A stretch of 64,000 bases of DNA from a virus (taxonomy: Duplodnaviria; Caudoviricetes), in IMG/VR virus record IMGVR_UViG_3300018494_000083; one strand, given 5' to 3'. The translations under genes were made by a program, and so were the position numbers. Shown in pieces: positions 38,463-48,781 of this stretch; position 1 is the first letter of the stretch, and every line of letters starts with the position of its first letter. The notes beneath the pieces were generated by a model. It saw only the letters and a list, made by a program, of their open reading frames with translations. It made no database searches and was not told where the DNA came from.

Positions 38463-40049
38463 TTATTTATCCTTATTCTTATTGCGATGCATCACTATAT
38501 AACCATCTTTATTGACGGTTCGCCCCTCGGCGTCATAGCGAAAACCTTGTTTGAAGAAGGTATACATCATATGCAAATCTTGATCGGAGATCAAATGAAT
38601 CAGGATCTTTCCATCCTTTGCTTTTCTGATAAGAAAAGGCTCTCTCTTCTCATAATGCTCACGGGCTACTTTATGGTTAATATTAACCAACTCACAATAA
38701 ATACCTTTGCGATTCTTCTGAGCACGAATACGTCCAGAAATCTGATCTGCCAATACTTCAGATGCATAGGTAATTGTATTAATAGTAAGCTGATGGTTCT
38801 CAAACTCAGAACCAGTACCCATGGATTTGATAGTCGAGAAAACGATATCTCGATCCAGTTCTTTATTCTTATCTTTACCAGATCCAACAAATAGACCTGT
38901 GGTAAGATAAGGGAATACACTATTGGTATATTTCTGAAGCTGTTCTGCAAACTCAACCGTTATACAGATTACGAGAACTTTGCCTCCTCGCCTTCGTAGC
39001 TTCAATAAATAGAATAGCGCAAATGTGTAAGCCTCAAGGAACTCTTCTCGAGCTCCATCAGGATCTAACAGATACTCTCCATACTTAGCAAGAGAAGGTC
39101 CATATCTTGTCTTGATATCTTTCAGTTGCTTCTCAGTAGGAGTAGATTTAAACTGTAGAATCAGAGGTCTCATATGCTTCTGTTCTTTGGATATGAGTTT
39201 CTTACCATATCTCATTACATCTCTAAAGATGCGATTATAGATAATTCGTTCGGTCTTTTCCGAGCGGCTTGGAGAAGAACTCATGTAATAAGTCTTCTCT
39301 ACATTGGTAAAGCAGTCAATATTGACAACTGTGTTAAAGTCCATATGAGCCTCGTCTACAGCCTTGATATTAACATTCATTGCATCTACCAACTTAGTTA
39401 CCATGTCCCAACGATTCTCATACTTTCTTACGAAAGCAAGTATTGTTGATCTGGGAACTACGAAGACTTTGATATGCTTATATTTACCAGAGATGATGTC
39501 TGCACACATTTCACTTCCTTGAACATGAAGGAACTCAGTTCGGTTAAGAGAAGTGAAGTTTGATACAGCTTCAATCCACTGGTTTACAATCTTTGTGATT
39601 GCGGGTGTGAATACAACCATACGAGACTTAAAGTAACACATGGTTGCAATCATTATGTATGTCTTACCGAGACCTGTGTCAAGATCTACATACAACTGGG
39701 TCTTTTTCTTTGTAAATGAATAAGGTTCCACACCGAGCATGAATGCAAGAACGTGTTCCTGGATATAATCTCGAGGTGAATTTTCGAGCTTGATATTTAT
39801 CTGATCATTCGGCTCGATATCAACATCTCGGAAATAATGATCAGGAAAAGCACTCGCAAGATTCTCTTCAGGATATCCTCTTGGAATCCTAAGCTCTTTC
39901 TTTTCTTCGTCAAAGAAGTAACCGAGTTCGATTCGTTTAAAATAAACAGGATCCCACTTAGATAGTTCATTGACGATAGTATAAGGAACCTTCCATACCC
40001 CAGTGATCAGATAATAACTTGGATATTTATAGATTACTTTTTCTGCCAT
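38463..40049 (-). CDS. Superfamily 2 (DEAH, UvsW-like) helicase
   Basis: Q motif PRDYIQ, DTGLGKT, VDEAH, SSSP, GTG and QISGRIR. Confidence 0.88.
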   Translation of the reverse strand: MAEKVIYKYPSYYLITGVWKVPYTIVNELSKWDPVYFKRIELGYFFDEEKKELRIPRGYPEENLASAFPDHYFRDVDIEPNDQINIKLENSPRDYIQEHVLAFMLGVEPYSFTKKKTQLYVDLDTGLGKTYIMIATMCYFKSRMVVFTPAITKIVNQWIEAVSNFTSLNRTEFLHVQGSEMCADIISGKYKHIKVFVVPRSTILAFVRKYENRWDMVTKLVDAMNVNIKAVDEAHMDFNTVVNIDCFTNVEKTYYMSSSPSRSEKTERIIYNRIFRDVMRYGKKLISKEQKHMRPLILQFKSTPTEKQLKDIKTRYGPSLAKYGEYLLDPDGAREEFLEAYTFALFYLLKLRRRGGKVLVICITVEFAEQLQKYTNSVFPYLTTGLFVGSGKDKNKELDRDIVFSTIKSMGTGSEFENHQLTINTITYASEVLADQISGRIRAQKNRKGIYCELVNINHKVAREHYEKREPFLIRKAKDGKILIHLISDQDLHMMYTFFKQGFRYDAEGRTVNKDGYIVMHRNKNKDK

Positions 40050-40050
40050 A

Positions 40051-40755
40051 TTACCAGGACCTTCCGTGTTTCCATTTCACAAGAGAGAATTCTACGAAGC
40101 CTTGCTTACCGTCAGGTGTAACCTCACTCTTATTTATGATAACAAAGGTATGATTGTAAACCTTTGTCAAATAAAGCTCAGCCAATTTGTCAAGAGTCTG
40201 AGTTGTAATCTTGCCGGTACTTCTTATACGACCATGGATATAATCCCTACATTCTGCATTCAAACGCTCAGGATATACCTTAAAACCATCCATATCAGTT
40301 GCAGAGATTTTGATCTCTGATCTAGGTTGTGAATTGTCGTTAATCTTAACTTCGATTCTGAATACATCATGACGTTCCTTTGGTAATACATCTAAAAATC
40401 CCATTTTCTGATTCTCCTTATTTCCTTTTTTACTTGGGGTTACTGTATAGGTGAAAGTTATATAGATATGGTTTGCTTCTGAGCATTGATCATATACATC
40501 GTATTTGTATTCATTGAATACACGTATAATATCTTTTTCAATCTCTGCTTGTGTCTGTCTATTTATTTCTCTATAGAAATACTTAGATGTGATAAGCCTC
40601 TCAAGATCTTTTTGGATCCTGAGAAATGCCGAATAATTTTCAGAGCTCTTTAATTCAGCCTCTGTCATAATAGTAATCATATCAGGATAGAACGGTGTAA
40701 AAGTACAATTACCTTTTATGAGATCATACTGAATATTGATTCGTTTAATTACCAT
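40051..40755 (-). CDS. Hypothetical protein
   Basis: 234-aa ORF coupled to its neighbours. Confidence 0.6.
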   Translation of the reverse strand: MVIKRINIQYDLIKGNCTFTPFYPDMITIMTEAELKSSENYSAFLRIQKDLERLITSKYFYREINRQTQAEIEKDIIRVFNEYKYDVYDQCSEANHIYITFTYTVTPSKKGNKENQKMGFLDVLPKERHDVFRIEVKINDNSQPRSEIKISATDMDGFKVYPERLNAECRDYIHGRIRSTGKITTQTLDKLAELYLTKVYNHTFVIINKSEVTPDGKQGFVEFSLVKWKHGRSW

Positions 40756-41575
40756 GATTTATACCTTTCTCTTTCAATCTCTTAGCATGCATCTCCGCAA
40801 TGATTTCATCCATGGTTTTAGTACGGATGAAAATATCATGATCTTTAAAAGTGATCACAAGTTCAAGAATATTAAGTCCATCCAACAGAATCAATTTGTC
40901 AGCAAGGTCATTGACGGTTTTCTGTTTACCTGCCTTACCGAACTCATCTAACCACACATGAACAGTGGTCTTCGATTCTTTGGATGCAAACCAATATTTA
41001 ATTTCCTCAATATGGAAATGAATATTATAATCGGTAATATCGATCGTACCGATATTTTTCATAAAGAAATCTGACAGATAATCTCTGTAATAAGCCTGTG
41101 CTCTGAGAAATCTTTCAATTTCCATTGGTTTCCGTTCTTCCTCTTTCTGGATATCATAACGGACTCTCATCAGAATCTTTCCGAGTGTATTCTTACCTTT
41201 GGTATAGCGGCATCTGCTACATTTGCAGTCGCCCCAATAATTATCATGCCAGGTATTTCCCTCAATAAGATCTTCGTTTCCGGTATTCAATAACCATTCA
41301 CGAAGTTGAGGATCTCTGAATTTGGCTCGGACAATACTTAGCATTAGACCGAGTTTCTTTTCTTCCCAGTCTCTAGGAAGTCTTACTGATCTGCCTATCC
41401 GTTTAGCCTCATCTGGGCTTGATTTAGCAAGTAATCTTATCTTGCTAGGATCCTGTAACTTCTGTAATTGGAACGCCGATTCAGCACAACTGAATACTAT
41501 TCCATTATACATGAAGTCTTTGGTGTAGTAGTTGCTTAGGTAATAATACTTACCTTTAAATTCAGAAATAGCCAC
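40745..41575 (-). CDS. NADAR (YbiA-like) family protein with a C-terminal extension
   Basis: YLSNYY, ESAFQ.QK, AKRIGR, KF....L...LL.TG...LIEGN.W.D.YWG, GKNTLGKILM.VR. Confidence 0.88.
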   Translation of the reverse strand: MAISEFKGKYYYLSNYYTKDFMYNGIVFSCAESAFQLQKLQDPSKIRLLAKSSPDEAKRIGRSVRLPRDWEEKKLGLMLSIVRAKFRDPQLREWLLNTGNEDLIEGNTWHDNYWGDCKCSRCRYTKGKNTLGKILMRVRYDIQKEEERKPMEIERFLRAQAYYRDYLSDFFMKNIGTIDITDYNIHFHIEEIKYWFASKESKTTVHVWLDEFGKAGKQKTVNDLADKLILLDGLNILELVITFKDHDIFIRTKTMDEIIAEMHAKRLKEKGINHGN

Positions 41576-41698
41576 AATAACACCCTCCCTTTCTATATTA
41601 AAAAGTTAATAAATTAATAGAAACTTATACGATTAGTTTCTTTATTTCTTTCTTATAGTGCATAGTTTTCTTTTGGTTTGTTTATAGACGACAAAATA

Positions 41699-41724
41699 GG
41701 ATAGTAGACTCTCGTCTACTATCC
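41699..41724 (-). terminator. Intrinsic terminator
   Basis: GGATAGTAGAC-loop-GTCTACTATCC. Confidence 0.7.
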
Positions 41725-41735
41725 CTTTTATTTTT

Positions 41736-42194
41736 TTAAATGAAAGTATTGTTCTTAAGACAGTGATGATAGAGCTCAAGGATATACTTGTACTCTTCTT
41801 CAAAAACACCATTGGTAGTATCTGTCTTGTTCAAAAGATCTGTGTATTTGGCTTCAAGGCTGATAATGTGGTCAAACTCTTCTTTTGAATGCTTGGTTCC
41901 ACAACGACAACTATTAGCAAATCCAAGAATCTCCCAGCGGATTCTGTCCATTTCGTTATTGTCGACTGTCCGTTCGAGTTCTTCGACTTTCTCTTTGGTT
42001 GCTTTTGCATCAGCTTTAATTGTGTCGATTTCGGTTTTCAGTTCTGCATTGAAATGTTTTCCTAACCATTTTAAGATCGCTTTGATCGGGTTGAATTTAA
42101 TTGGTGTGATATCAATGATAGCCAGTATAACAGTGACTACTACTGTAATATTATCGAGACACCACGCCCAAATATTGCTCATGACCTCTCCCAT
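41736..42194 (-). CDS. Holin-like membrane protein
   Basis: N-terminal TM segment, PIKFNP...LKWLG, coiled coil, RWEILGFA; resembles Bacillota phage lysis-cassette proteins. Confidence 0.5.
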   Translation of the reverse strand: MGEVMSNIWAWCLDNITVVVTVILAIIDITPIKFNPIKAILKWLGKHFNAELKTEIDTIKADAKATKEKVEELERTVDNNEMDRIRWEILGFANSCRCGTKHSKEEFDHIISLEAKYTDLLNKTDTTNGVFEEEYKYILELYHHCLKNNTFI

Positions 42195-43048
42195 CAGACG
42201 ATACTCCTTTTGGTTATTTTCTTAGAGCCGAGAACATCAGCATACTGAAGACCAATAACTGACTCAATCGGCACGTTACAAGAAGTGCATTCATCAATAA
42301 TAAGCGTTACAGTGCCATTCTCCTGCAGTACCATGGCGAGTTTATCCAAGCCAAAGAAATCTGCTGCACGAGCTACGTTGTCACTCTTTTCACTGATATA
42401 CGATTTGATCTGTTCAATCGATTCGTTAATAGGTGCAAAAAGATCTACACTCTCGTTAAGATTGACGTAAGATGCACATTCAGAAAGAATCTCTGTTTGA
42501 TATGCCTCGATATGAGACGGACGGAAAACAGAGTCATACGTGATAATCTTGAGAGGAGCTTTAACTCGACGGGTTGCCAAGTCGACAGAACCTAAAGAAC
42601 GAAGAGAGAACGCTGCGGGAACGCCCTGCAGAATTCGATCACATAACATATCACCAGCACCACCGGCAAGAGTCTGCACATGACCGAGCAGAAGGTTACC
42701 TTCGGTACGATAGTTTAGAATTCTATGTGAAGCCGTTGTCGGATTAAAGACCACCTGTCTCTTAGGATCGGTATCCAGCGGATGACCATACTCTCCAATC
42801 CATTGTCCCTTCTTGATATCGTTCTGAATCATACCGTCGTTGTTAAGTGCATCAAGCACAAGATTTTTGCCATAAATACGACCGTTCCAGTTTTCAACTT
42901 CAAACGATTGCAAGCAAGTATCTATAGTAACAGTCTTGATCTTCTTACCAGAAGCAGACTCAACTGTCGATTCAGTAAGGACTTCAGTCCTGATATCTTC
43001 GGGAGGTGTCAGGCATTCACACATTATATACAATGTGTTATTATCCAT
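42194..43048 (-). CDS. Prohead maturation protease (T4 gp21-like)
   Basis: NWNGRIY, GEYGHP, SHRI, FSLRSLGS and TYDSVFRPSH. Late-type promoter motif at 43113-43100. Confidence 0.88.
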   Translation of the reverse strand: MDNNTLYIMCECLTPPEDIRTEVLTESTVESASGKKIKTVTIDTCLQSFEVENWNGRIYGKNLVLDALNNDGMIQNDIKKGQWIGEYGHPLDTDPKRQVVFNPTTASHRILNYRTEGNLLLGHVQTLAGGAGDMLCDRILQGVPAAFSLRSLGSVDLATRRVKAPLKIITYDSVFRPSHIEAYQTEILSECASYVNLNESVDLFAPINESIEQIKSYISEKSDNVARAADFFGLDKLAMVLQENGTVTLIIDECTSCNVPIESVIGLQYADVLGSKKITKRSIV

Positions 43049-43208
43049 CGAAATTATTATCTCCTTCCCATAGTTTCATGTAGAAATAAGTTTTATTTCA
43101 TTATTTAAATGTTAGTCGTTACCCCGATAAAACCGTCGTTTCAAGGCTATTAAAGTACACTTGGAACATAAAATTAATGAATTTATTATATAAGAAAGGG
43201 GCATTTAC

Positions 43209-45989
43209 ATGATTCTTAGTAAAAAGTTTTTAGATAGCATAGATTCTACAAACTTGAACCCTGTGAATCCTAATGAACTCATGAAGGCGAAGTATGATCG
43301 CCTTAATAGTATTCAGGATGCTATCACTAATATTCAGTTTAATGATGCTGAGGTAATTGAATCCTTCGCTTCTAATATAAAGAATTGTGACAATACCGAC
43401 ATCAAATCAGTATGTCAGTTATTCGATCAGAAAGCTGACCCGTCTGATTGTCGTGATGTCTTCATGCTCTGTCAAATGATCGAGTGTATTCTCAATAATA
43501 TCACCGGTCTTGATAAAGAAGCATTTGAACCTCTGTATTCTGCATACAGAAGATTTGACAATAAGATCCTCTTCCTTAAAGAGAAGGATCCTACAAATAA
43601 ATACATTGATGCAACTAATGCGATCTCCAGAAGACTTGGTGAACGCATGTTGAGAATGCACAACTGGTTTGAGCAGGGTAGTGAACCTATGGGAGTTCCT
43701 CATATTACTGCAGTTGATGGTAAAGCTATTACCGAGGCTGCTTCTGTTCGACCTGGTGCAAGTGCAGGAGCTGATTCAGGTCCTGTAATTAACCATTTTA
43801 TTTCCTTCGAAACTTTCATGAGATTGCTTCAGACTTCTCAGTACAATAGAAGAGATATTGACTTCCTTATCAGTGGATTCAAGTTCCTTCCTTTGTACAT
43901 TGAAGCTATTCTCTCAAATGAGCTTCGTTCGGTTACCGATATCTATGATACCATTGTAAAGCTTCTCGCTGGATGTTGGGGAGCTGTTGAAAACAACTAC
44001 TATGGTCTTGAGTGTCTCTACAATGCAATCTCCGAATGTGAGGATGTAGTTGAGCACTGTGCTATCGGATCCTTTGACATCTATGAGACGAAGCAAAAAC
44101 TCGGAGGATTCTTTGAAACTGTCAAGGATAAGATTCTTGATTCCGAATATTACATCACTCATATGAACAGAACACCCGATGATGTAACAATCACTGAGGC
44201 TGTAGATGAGGATGATGACGATGAGTTTGATCCCGATGAAGACTATCGTGAAGATACTGAAGTGAATCCTCTTGTTGAGATGGGGCTCGGATATATCTAT
44301 GATATTCTTCCTCCCGATGAGGAGATGGATGAAGCCACTGCAGATAGAGTGCTCAATGCACTTGCAGAAGCAGCAACTCAGAATAATATGCTCGGTGTTC
44401 TGACAGAGGGTATCCTCAAGGATGAACTCGAGTTCCAGAAGCAAAAGAACAGAGATAGGTACGAGGATAGACGAAGCATCGCTAGAACTCGCCGTGAAAA
44501 CAGAGTAGCTCGTAAAGAGCGTATCAAAGACCGTAAGTCTGAAGATAAATACACTGATAAGCGTAGACCTATCGATGATAAATATGAGCGCGATAAGCGT
44601 AAGTCTGATGATCGCTATGCTGACAAGCGTAGAGAGATGGATGATGATTATGCTGAGGATCGCAGAAGAAGAGACGATAAATATGCAGATAAGAAGCGTG
44701 CATCTGATGACCGTTATGAGGATGAACGCAGAGAAAGATCTGACGAGTACGAACGTGACAAGCAGACCAGAGAGCGTCGTGAAGATGATCGTTACTCTGA
44801 TAAGAGACGTGCCGCAGATGACAAGTATGCAGATCGTCGTCGTGATGAAGAAGAAGAAAACCGTCGTAAGAACGATAAGTATGAAGATGATCGTCGCAGA
44901 GATACTGACCGTTATGAACGAGACAAACAAACTCGTGAAAGACGTGAGGATGATAAGTATGAACGCGATAAGCAGGTAAGAGAGCGTCGTGAAGACGACA
45001 AATACGCTGATAAGAAGCGTGCATCTGACGACAAGTATGCCGACAAGCATCAGAAGAAGCAGGATAAGTACGAGGATGATCGTCGTAGACAAAATGATGA
45101 TTATGAACGTGACAACCGCCGCGAGGAAGACCGGTATCAGGAAAAGAAGCGTGCGTCTGACGATAAGTATGAGGCAGTAAAGAGAGCTCGTGACGATGAT
45201 TACGAAGATGCTCGTACTGCTAAGAGAGATCGTTATTCTGATGAACGTGAAAGAACCAATCGTCGTATTAACGATGATTATGAACATGAAAAGAATATGC
45301 GTCATAAGCGTGAGGAAGACGAGTACGAAGATGAGCGTCGTCGTAAGAACGATGCTTATGAGGACGAACGTCGCCGCAGAAATGATGCATATGAAGACTC
45401 TCGTAGAGGAGCATCTGAAAGATACGATTCTAAACAGAGAGTCAAAGAAGATAAGCAGAGAGCGAAGGATGATCGTAAAGCCGAGAAACTTCGTTTGAAG
45501 CAAGAACGTAGAGAAGAGAAAGAAAGATGGAAGAGAGAAGATAGAGAGGAAAAGAGACAACAGAAGAAGATGAATAAGGATGCTCGTAAGATGGTCCTTG
45601 TTGAGAAGCTTCGTTCTCTCCCTCTTACCAGTAATGCAGCCAACAAGGCATATGAAGCATTGAGAAGAGCAGTAGGTGCAGCAGTAGCTGGCGGTATTGG
45701 CTCTCTTGCTGGATTGAATCCGATTGTTGGTGCAGTATGTTACCTCATTCCTAAATATCTTAAGTCTTCTACTAAAATGGATCCCTATGCTGCAGGTAAG
45801 GCTAGATCGAAAGCTATTGCTGAGATCAACGCTCAGATGAACCGTCTCGAGACTAAGATGGATGAAGCTGATCGTAAGGGTAACTATAAGGCTAAGGCTG
45901 AGTTGTCCGCACTTCACCAGAGACTCGAACATACAAGAGCTAGAATTGCTGCAGATGCAGGATCTAAGGGAGGAGCTGTAATTTTATGA
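43209..45989 (+). CDS. Large putative internal head/scaffold protein with a charged tandem-repeat domain
   Basis: 926 aa, between the protease and capsid genes; many (I/L)xE motifs; promoter motif at 43165-43178. Confidence 0.7.
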   Translation: MILSKKFLDSIDSTNLNPVNPNELMKAKYDRLNSIQDAITNIQFNDAEVIESFASNIKNCDNTDIKSVCQLFDQKADPSDCRDVFMLCQMIECILNNITGLDKEAFEPLYSAYRRFDNKILFLKEKDPTNKYIDATNAISRRLGERMLRMHNWFEQGSEPMGVPHITAVDGKAITEAASVRPGASAGADSGPVINHFISFETFMRLLQTSQYNRRDIDFLISGFKFLPLYIEAILSNELRSVTDIYDTIVKLLAGCWGAVENNYYGLECLYNAISECEDVVEHCAIGSFDIYETKQKLGGFFETVKDKILDSEYYITHMNRTPDDVTITEAVDEDDDDEFDPDEDYREDTEVNPLVEMGLGYIYDILPPDEEMDEATADRVLNALAEAATQNNMLGVLTEGILKDELEFQKQKNRDRYEDRRSIARTRRENRVARKERIKDRKSEDKYTDKRRPIDDKYERDKRKSDDRYADKRREMDDDYAEDRRRRDDKYADKKRASDDRYEDERRERSDEYERDKQTRERREDDRYSDKRRAADDKYADRRRDEEEENRRKNDKYEDDRRRDTDRYERDKQTRERREDDKYERDKQVRERREDDKYADKKRASDDKYADKHQKKQDKYEDDRRRQNDDYERDNRREEDRYQEKKRASDDKYEAVKRARDDDYEDARTAKRDRYSDERERTNRRINDDYEHEKNMRHKREEDEYEDERRRKNDAYEDERRRRNDAYEDSRRGASERYDSKQRVKEDKQRAKDDRKAEKLRLKQERREEKERWKREDREEKRQQKKMNKDARKMVLVEKLRSLPLTSNAANKAYEALRRAVGAAVAGGIGSLAGLNPIVGAVCYLIPKYLKSSTKMDPYAAGKARSKAIAEINAQMNRLETKMDEADRKGNYKAKAELSALHQRLEHTRARIAADAGSKGGAVIL
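44535..45440 (+). repeat. Coding tandem repeat of ~11 aa (33 bp), some units 15 aa; consensus xDD(K/R)Y(A/E)D(K/E)RR
   Basis: Examples: SDDRYADKRRE, RDDKYADKKRA, SDDKYADKHQK, KNDAYEDERRR. About 25 Tyr-anchored units. Confidence 0.85.
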
Positions 45990-46729
45990 GTTTACTTTCA
46001 TCTACCCTTATTACTCGTAAGAAAGTCTCAGTCCTTAATGAAGCAGAAGATAGCAAATATGGTTTGTCAGATGCAATCATTGCTGGTATCAGCGATAGTC
46101 CTACTGATGAGCCCGAGAACGTTGAAGAGGAGACTCCCGCTGCGGAGTCTCCTGTAGACGATATGAGTGCTGATGCTCCTGCTGAAGGAACTGAAGATTC
46201 TGATAATGCCGATCCTACTGCTACTGGTGATGAACCTCCTATGGAGGACGATCCTACCAGTCCTGCAGATGAAACGGAAGGTATGGAAGATAATACCGAT
46301 GAGTTTACCGATGAAGAAATGGCTGGAGACGGCTCTATGACTGAAGATGAAATGCTGGCAGATACCCAGAAGACGCCTGGTCTTAGAATCCTCACTTCCA
46401 TATCCGATAATCAGTATAAACTCTGCAATGCTACATTGCATCAGAAGTTTACCAAATTAGCTTCTGAAATTACGGATATTATTAACAATACAATAATGGT
46501 TATCCGTCCTAATAACGATCGTGAAGCACAAGTAGTTGGGATAGTTCACGATAATCTGTCTAAAATGGTTACCGATATTCACAATTATTCACTTTATACT
46601 TTTAGCGATACTTATGAATCAAACGTTGTAGCCTACATTTCTTTCTTGAAAAGATACAAAATTGCTATGCAGATTATTGACGAACTTATCAAAGCTCGCA
46701 ACACAGAAGATCCTAAAGAGGATAAATAA
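45986..46729 (+). CDS. Acidic hypothetical head-module protein
   Basis: VLNEA motif, D/E-rich low-complexity N-half, directly upstream of the capsid gene. Confidence 0.65.
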   Translation: MSLLSSTLITRKKVSVLNEAEDSKYGLSDAIIAGISDSPTDEPENVEEETPAAESPVDDMSADAPAEGTEDSDNADPTATGDEPPMEDDPTSPADETEGMEDNTDEFTDEEMAGDGSMTEDEMLADTQKTPGLRILTSISDNQYKLCNATLHQKFTKLASEITDIINNTIMVIRPNNDREAQVVGIVHDNLSKMVTDIHNYSLYTFSDTYESNVVAYISFLKRYKIAMQIIDELIKARNTEDPKEDK

Positions 46730-46896
46730 CCACAAAATTTGTAAATTATTATCAATTATTTCCCTAATATTAAAGTGAATTAATTGTGTAATTTTTAACA
46801 TAATATTAAATATTAAGAAAAATTGCTGTTTTTTAATTACCATTTTCAATAACTCAAAATAAACAATATCATATCCTATATAGGAGGAATAAATAT

Positions 46897-48612
46897 ATGT
46901 CTATGAGAATTTACACTGAAGACAGTTTGGGTCTTTCCTCTTGTAACGAGTCTGCCATCCGTGGTAATTTTACCAAGATGCAGACTGCCATGAAAAAGGT
47001 AGGTTTGGACCCCTTCAAGAATGTAAGCGAGATTACTCGTACCCCTGAGTATATGAAGCTTATCACCGAGTCCGTAAAGCTCAGCGCAGACGCTACTGCT
47101 AACAAGTACGTTGCTGAGGATATGGCTCGTCTTAATACCCTTTACGAGAACGTCGGCGCACAGATGCTCAACGAGGCTGTTTCTTCTGTTGCTGACCTTT
47201 CCCCTATCATGATGAACTCCTTCGGTATCCAGGAGAGAGCACTTATCTCTGCTCACCTTCCTCGTGCCGTTAAGCAGGTAACTGCTAAGGTTGACAACTT
47301 CAAGCTCACCGAGCGTATTCCTTACATCGTTGACCTTGCTGGCAACAAGTCTAAGTTCATCGACGCATTCGTTCCCGGCGCAGACGGCGCTGCTGCTAAC
47401 CTTACTCTCCGTGAGGTTGTAGTAATGGGCTTCAATATCAATGACACTGACATCAACCTCTATGAGGGCTCCGGTGCAGATGTTCAGGCTACTGCTGCTA
47501 ACTATCGTCCTGCAGTTTCTACTGCAAACGCTTTCGGTATCGACAGTGCTCTTGACAGCGTTGTTATTACCGGCGATCCCACTGATGTCGCTTTCGAGAT
47601 CGGCTCTCTCCGTAGCCCTGATGCAGAGAACGGTACTTTCCGTGCAACTGTTACTTGGACTAAGGAAGGCGTTGCTCAGCGCGGCATGATCATGGGTCAG
47701 TTCGACCTCTCCAACGGCAAGCTCGTAACTGTTACTGCAAGCCATGCAGATATTACTGCAGTTAAGTTCAAGATGGTTCTCTCTCCTGAGACTCACAACA
47801 ACGCACTCTCCGTTGGTTACGATACGAAGCATACTCCTGTAAACATCCCTGTTGGTGACCACTTCGAGTATGGCTTGTCTGAGGAATTCAAGGATGCTTC
47901 CGACAAGTACTACAACGTTGACGCTATGGCTCTCCTCACTGACTACATGGGCAGAGCAGTTGAGCAGGTTAAGGATATCGTTACTCTTGGTAAGTACCAG
48001 GAGCTCGCTGACGGTGCTGTTCTTACCACTACTTTCAACTGCACTCCTACTTCCAGCTTCGCACAGGGCAAGGAAGAGTTCATCCGCAGAGAGTTCGGTC
48101 CCTTCATCGAGAAGGTTTGCATTATCCTTAAGAACAAGGTTCGTATCCCCAACTGCCACTTCCGCGTAGTTGGTAACCCTCTTGACATCCGTATCGCAGC
48201 TTCTGCTGGTACTGAGTACATCTACAAGAGAAACGAGCAGTTCGCAGGCGAGATCGGCATCGACTATGAGTTCTCCGTAACTTCCGATGTTCACAAGATC
48301 TTCTACCTCAGCTCTGAGCGTGTTCCTGTAGGTCGCCTCTTCGTATTCCTCATTCCTAACAGCATCGAGAATAACATCTCTACTGTTAACCACTATGAGT
48401 ACGCTACTTATGTATCCAATAAGTACCGCAACACGAAGAACAACCTTCCCACTGTAATGATCTCCACTCGTTACCTCACCAAGGAGTACTACCCTGTTGT
48501 GGCGACGATTAATGTAGTCAACAATCTTGTCGACGACGACTCCGTAACCACTGCTACCGGCACTGGCATGGAGAGCGCAGTATATGCCAAGATTTCCTAT
48601 GTGAATGCATGA
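46897..48612 (+). CDS. Major capsid protein (precursor)
   Basis: 571 aa with strongly biased codon usage and AGGAGG RBS. Promoter motifs at 46797 and 46862. Propeptide-like N-terminus ending MLNEAV. Lies between the protease and terminase; terminator follows. Confidence 0.8.
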   Translation: MSMRIYTEDSLGLSSCNESAIRGNFTKMQTAMKKVGLDPFKNVSEITRTPEYMKLITESVKLSADATANKYVAEDMARLNTLYENVGAQMLNEAVSSVADLSPIMMNSFGIQERALISAHLPRAVKQVTAKVDNFKLTERIPYIVDLAGNKSKFIDAFVPGADGAAANLTLREVVVMGFNINDTDINLYEGSGADVQATAANYRPAVSTANAFGIDSALDSVVITGDPTDVAFEIGSLRSPDAENGTFRATVTWTKEGVAQRGMIMGQFDLSNGKLVTVTASHADITAVKFKMVLSPETHNNALSVGYDTKHTPVNIPVGDHFEYGLSEEFKDASDKYYNVDAMALLTDYMGRAVEQVKDIVTLGKYQELADGAVLTTTFNCTPTSSFAQGKEEFIRREFGPFIEKVCIILKNKVRIPNCHFRVVGNPLDIRIAASAGTEYIYKRNEQFAGEIGIDYEFSVTSDVHKIFYLSSERVPVGRLFVFLIPNSIENNISTVNHYEYATYVSNKYRNTKNNLPTVMISTRYLTKEYYPVVATINVVNNLVDDDSVTTATGTGMESAVYAKISYVNA

Positions 48613-48670
48613 GGTAATTCAGTAAGGGAAGTAATCTCCGGATAATTTCTACTTAATGTAGGTTTAAATA

Positions 48671-48696
48671 CCCCATACCCAATTGCGGGTATGGGG
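48671..48696 (+). terminator. Intrinsic terminator after the capsid gene
   Basis: CCCCATACCC-loop-GGGTATGGGG plus TTATTTTT. Confidence 0.8.
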
Positions 48697-48781
48697 TTAT
48701 TTTTCGTATCTATTATTAGGGCATCTAGTTTTACTTGTGGAACATCCTAATAATAACAATTTGATCACAAGGAGGCTTTAT

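Noticed and set aside
43914-45932. Long antisense ORFs (also 60-1052, 22623-23837, 32308-33495, 46876-48393, 56353-57684, 59813-61171)
   Set aside because: Shadow frames opposite well-supported genes, caused by codon bias; no recognisable motifs.
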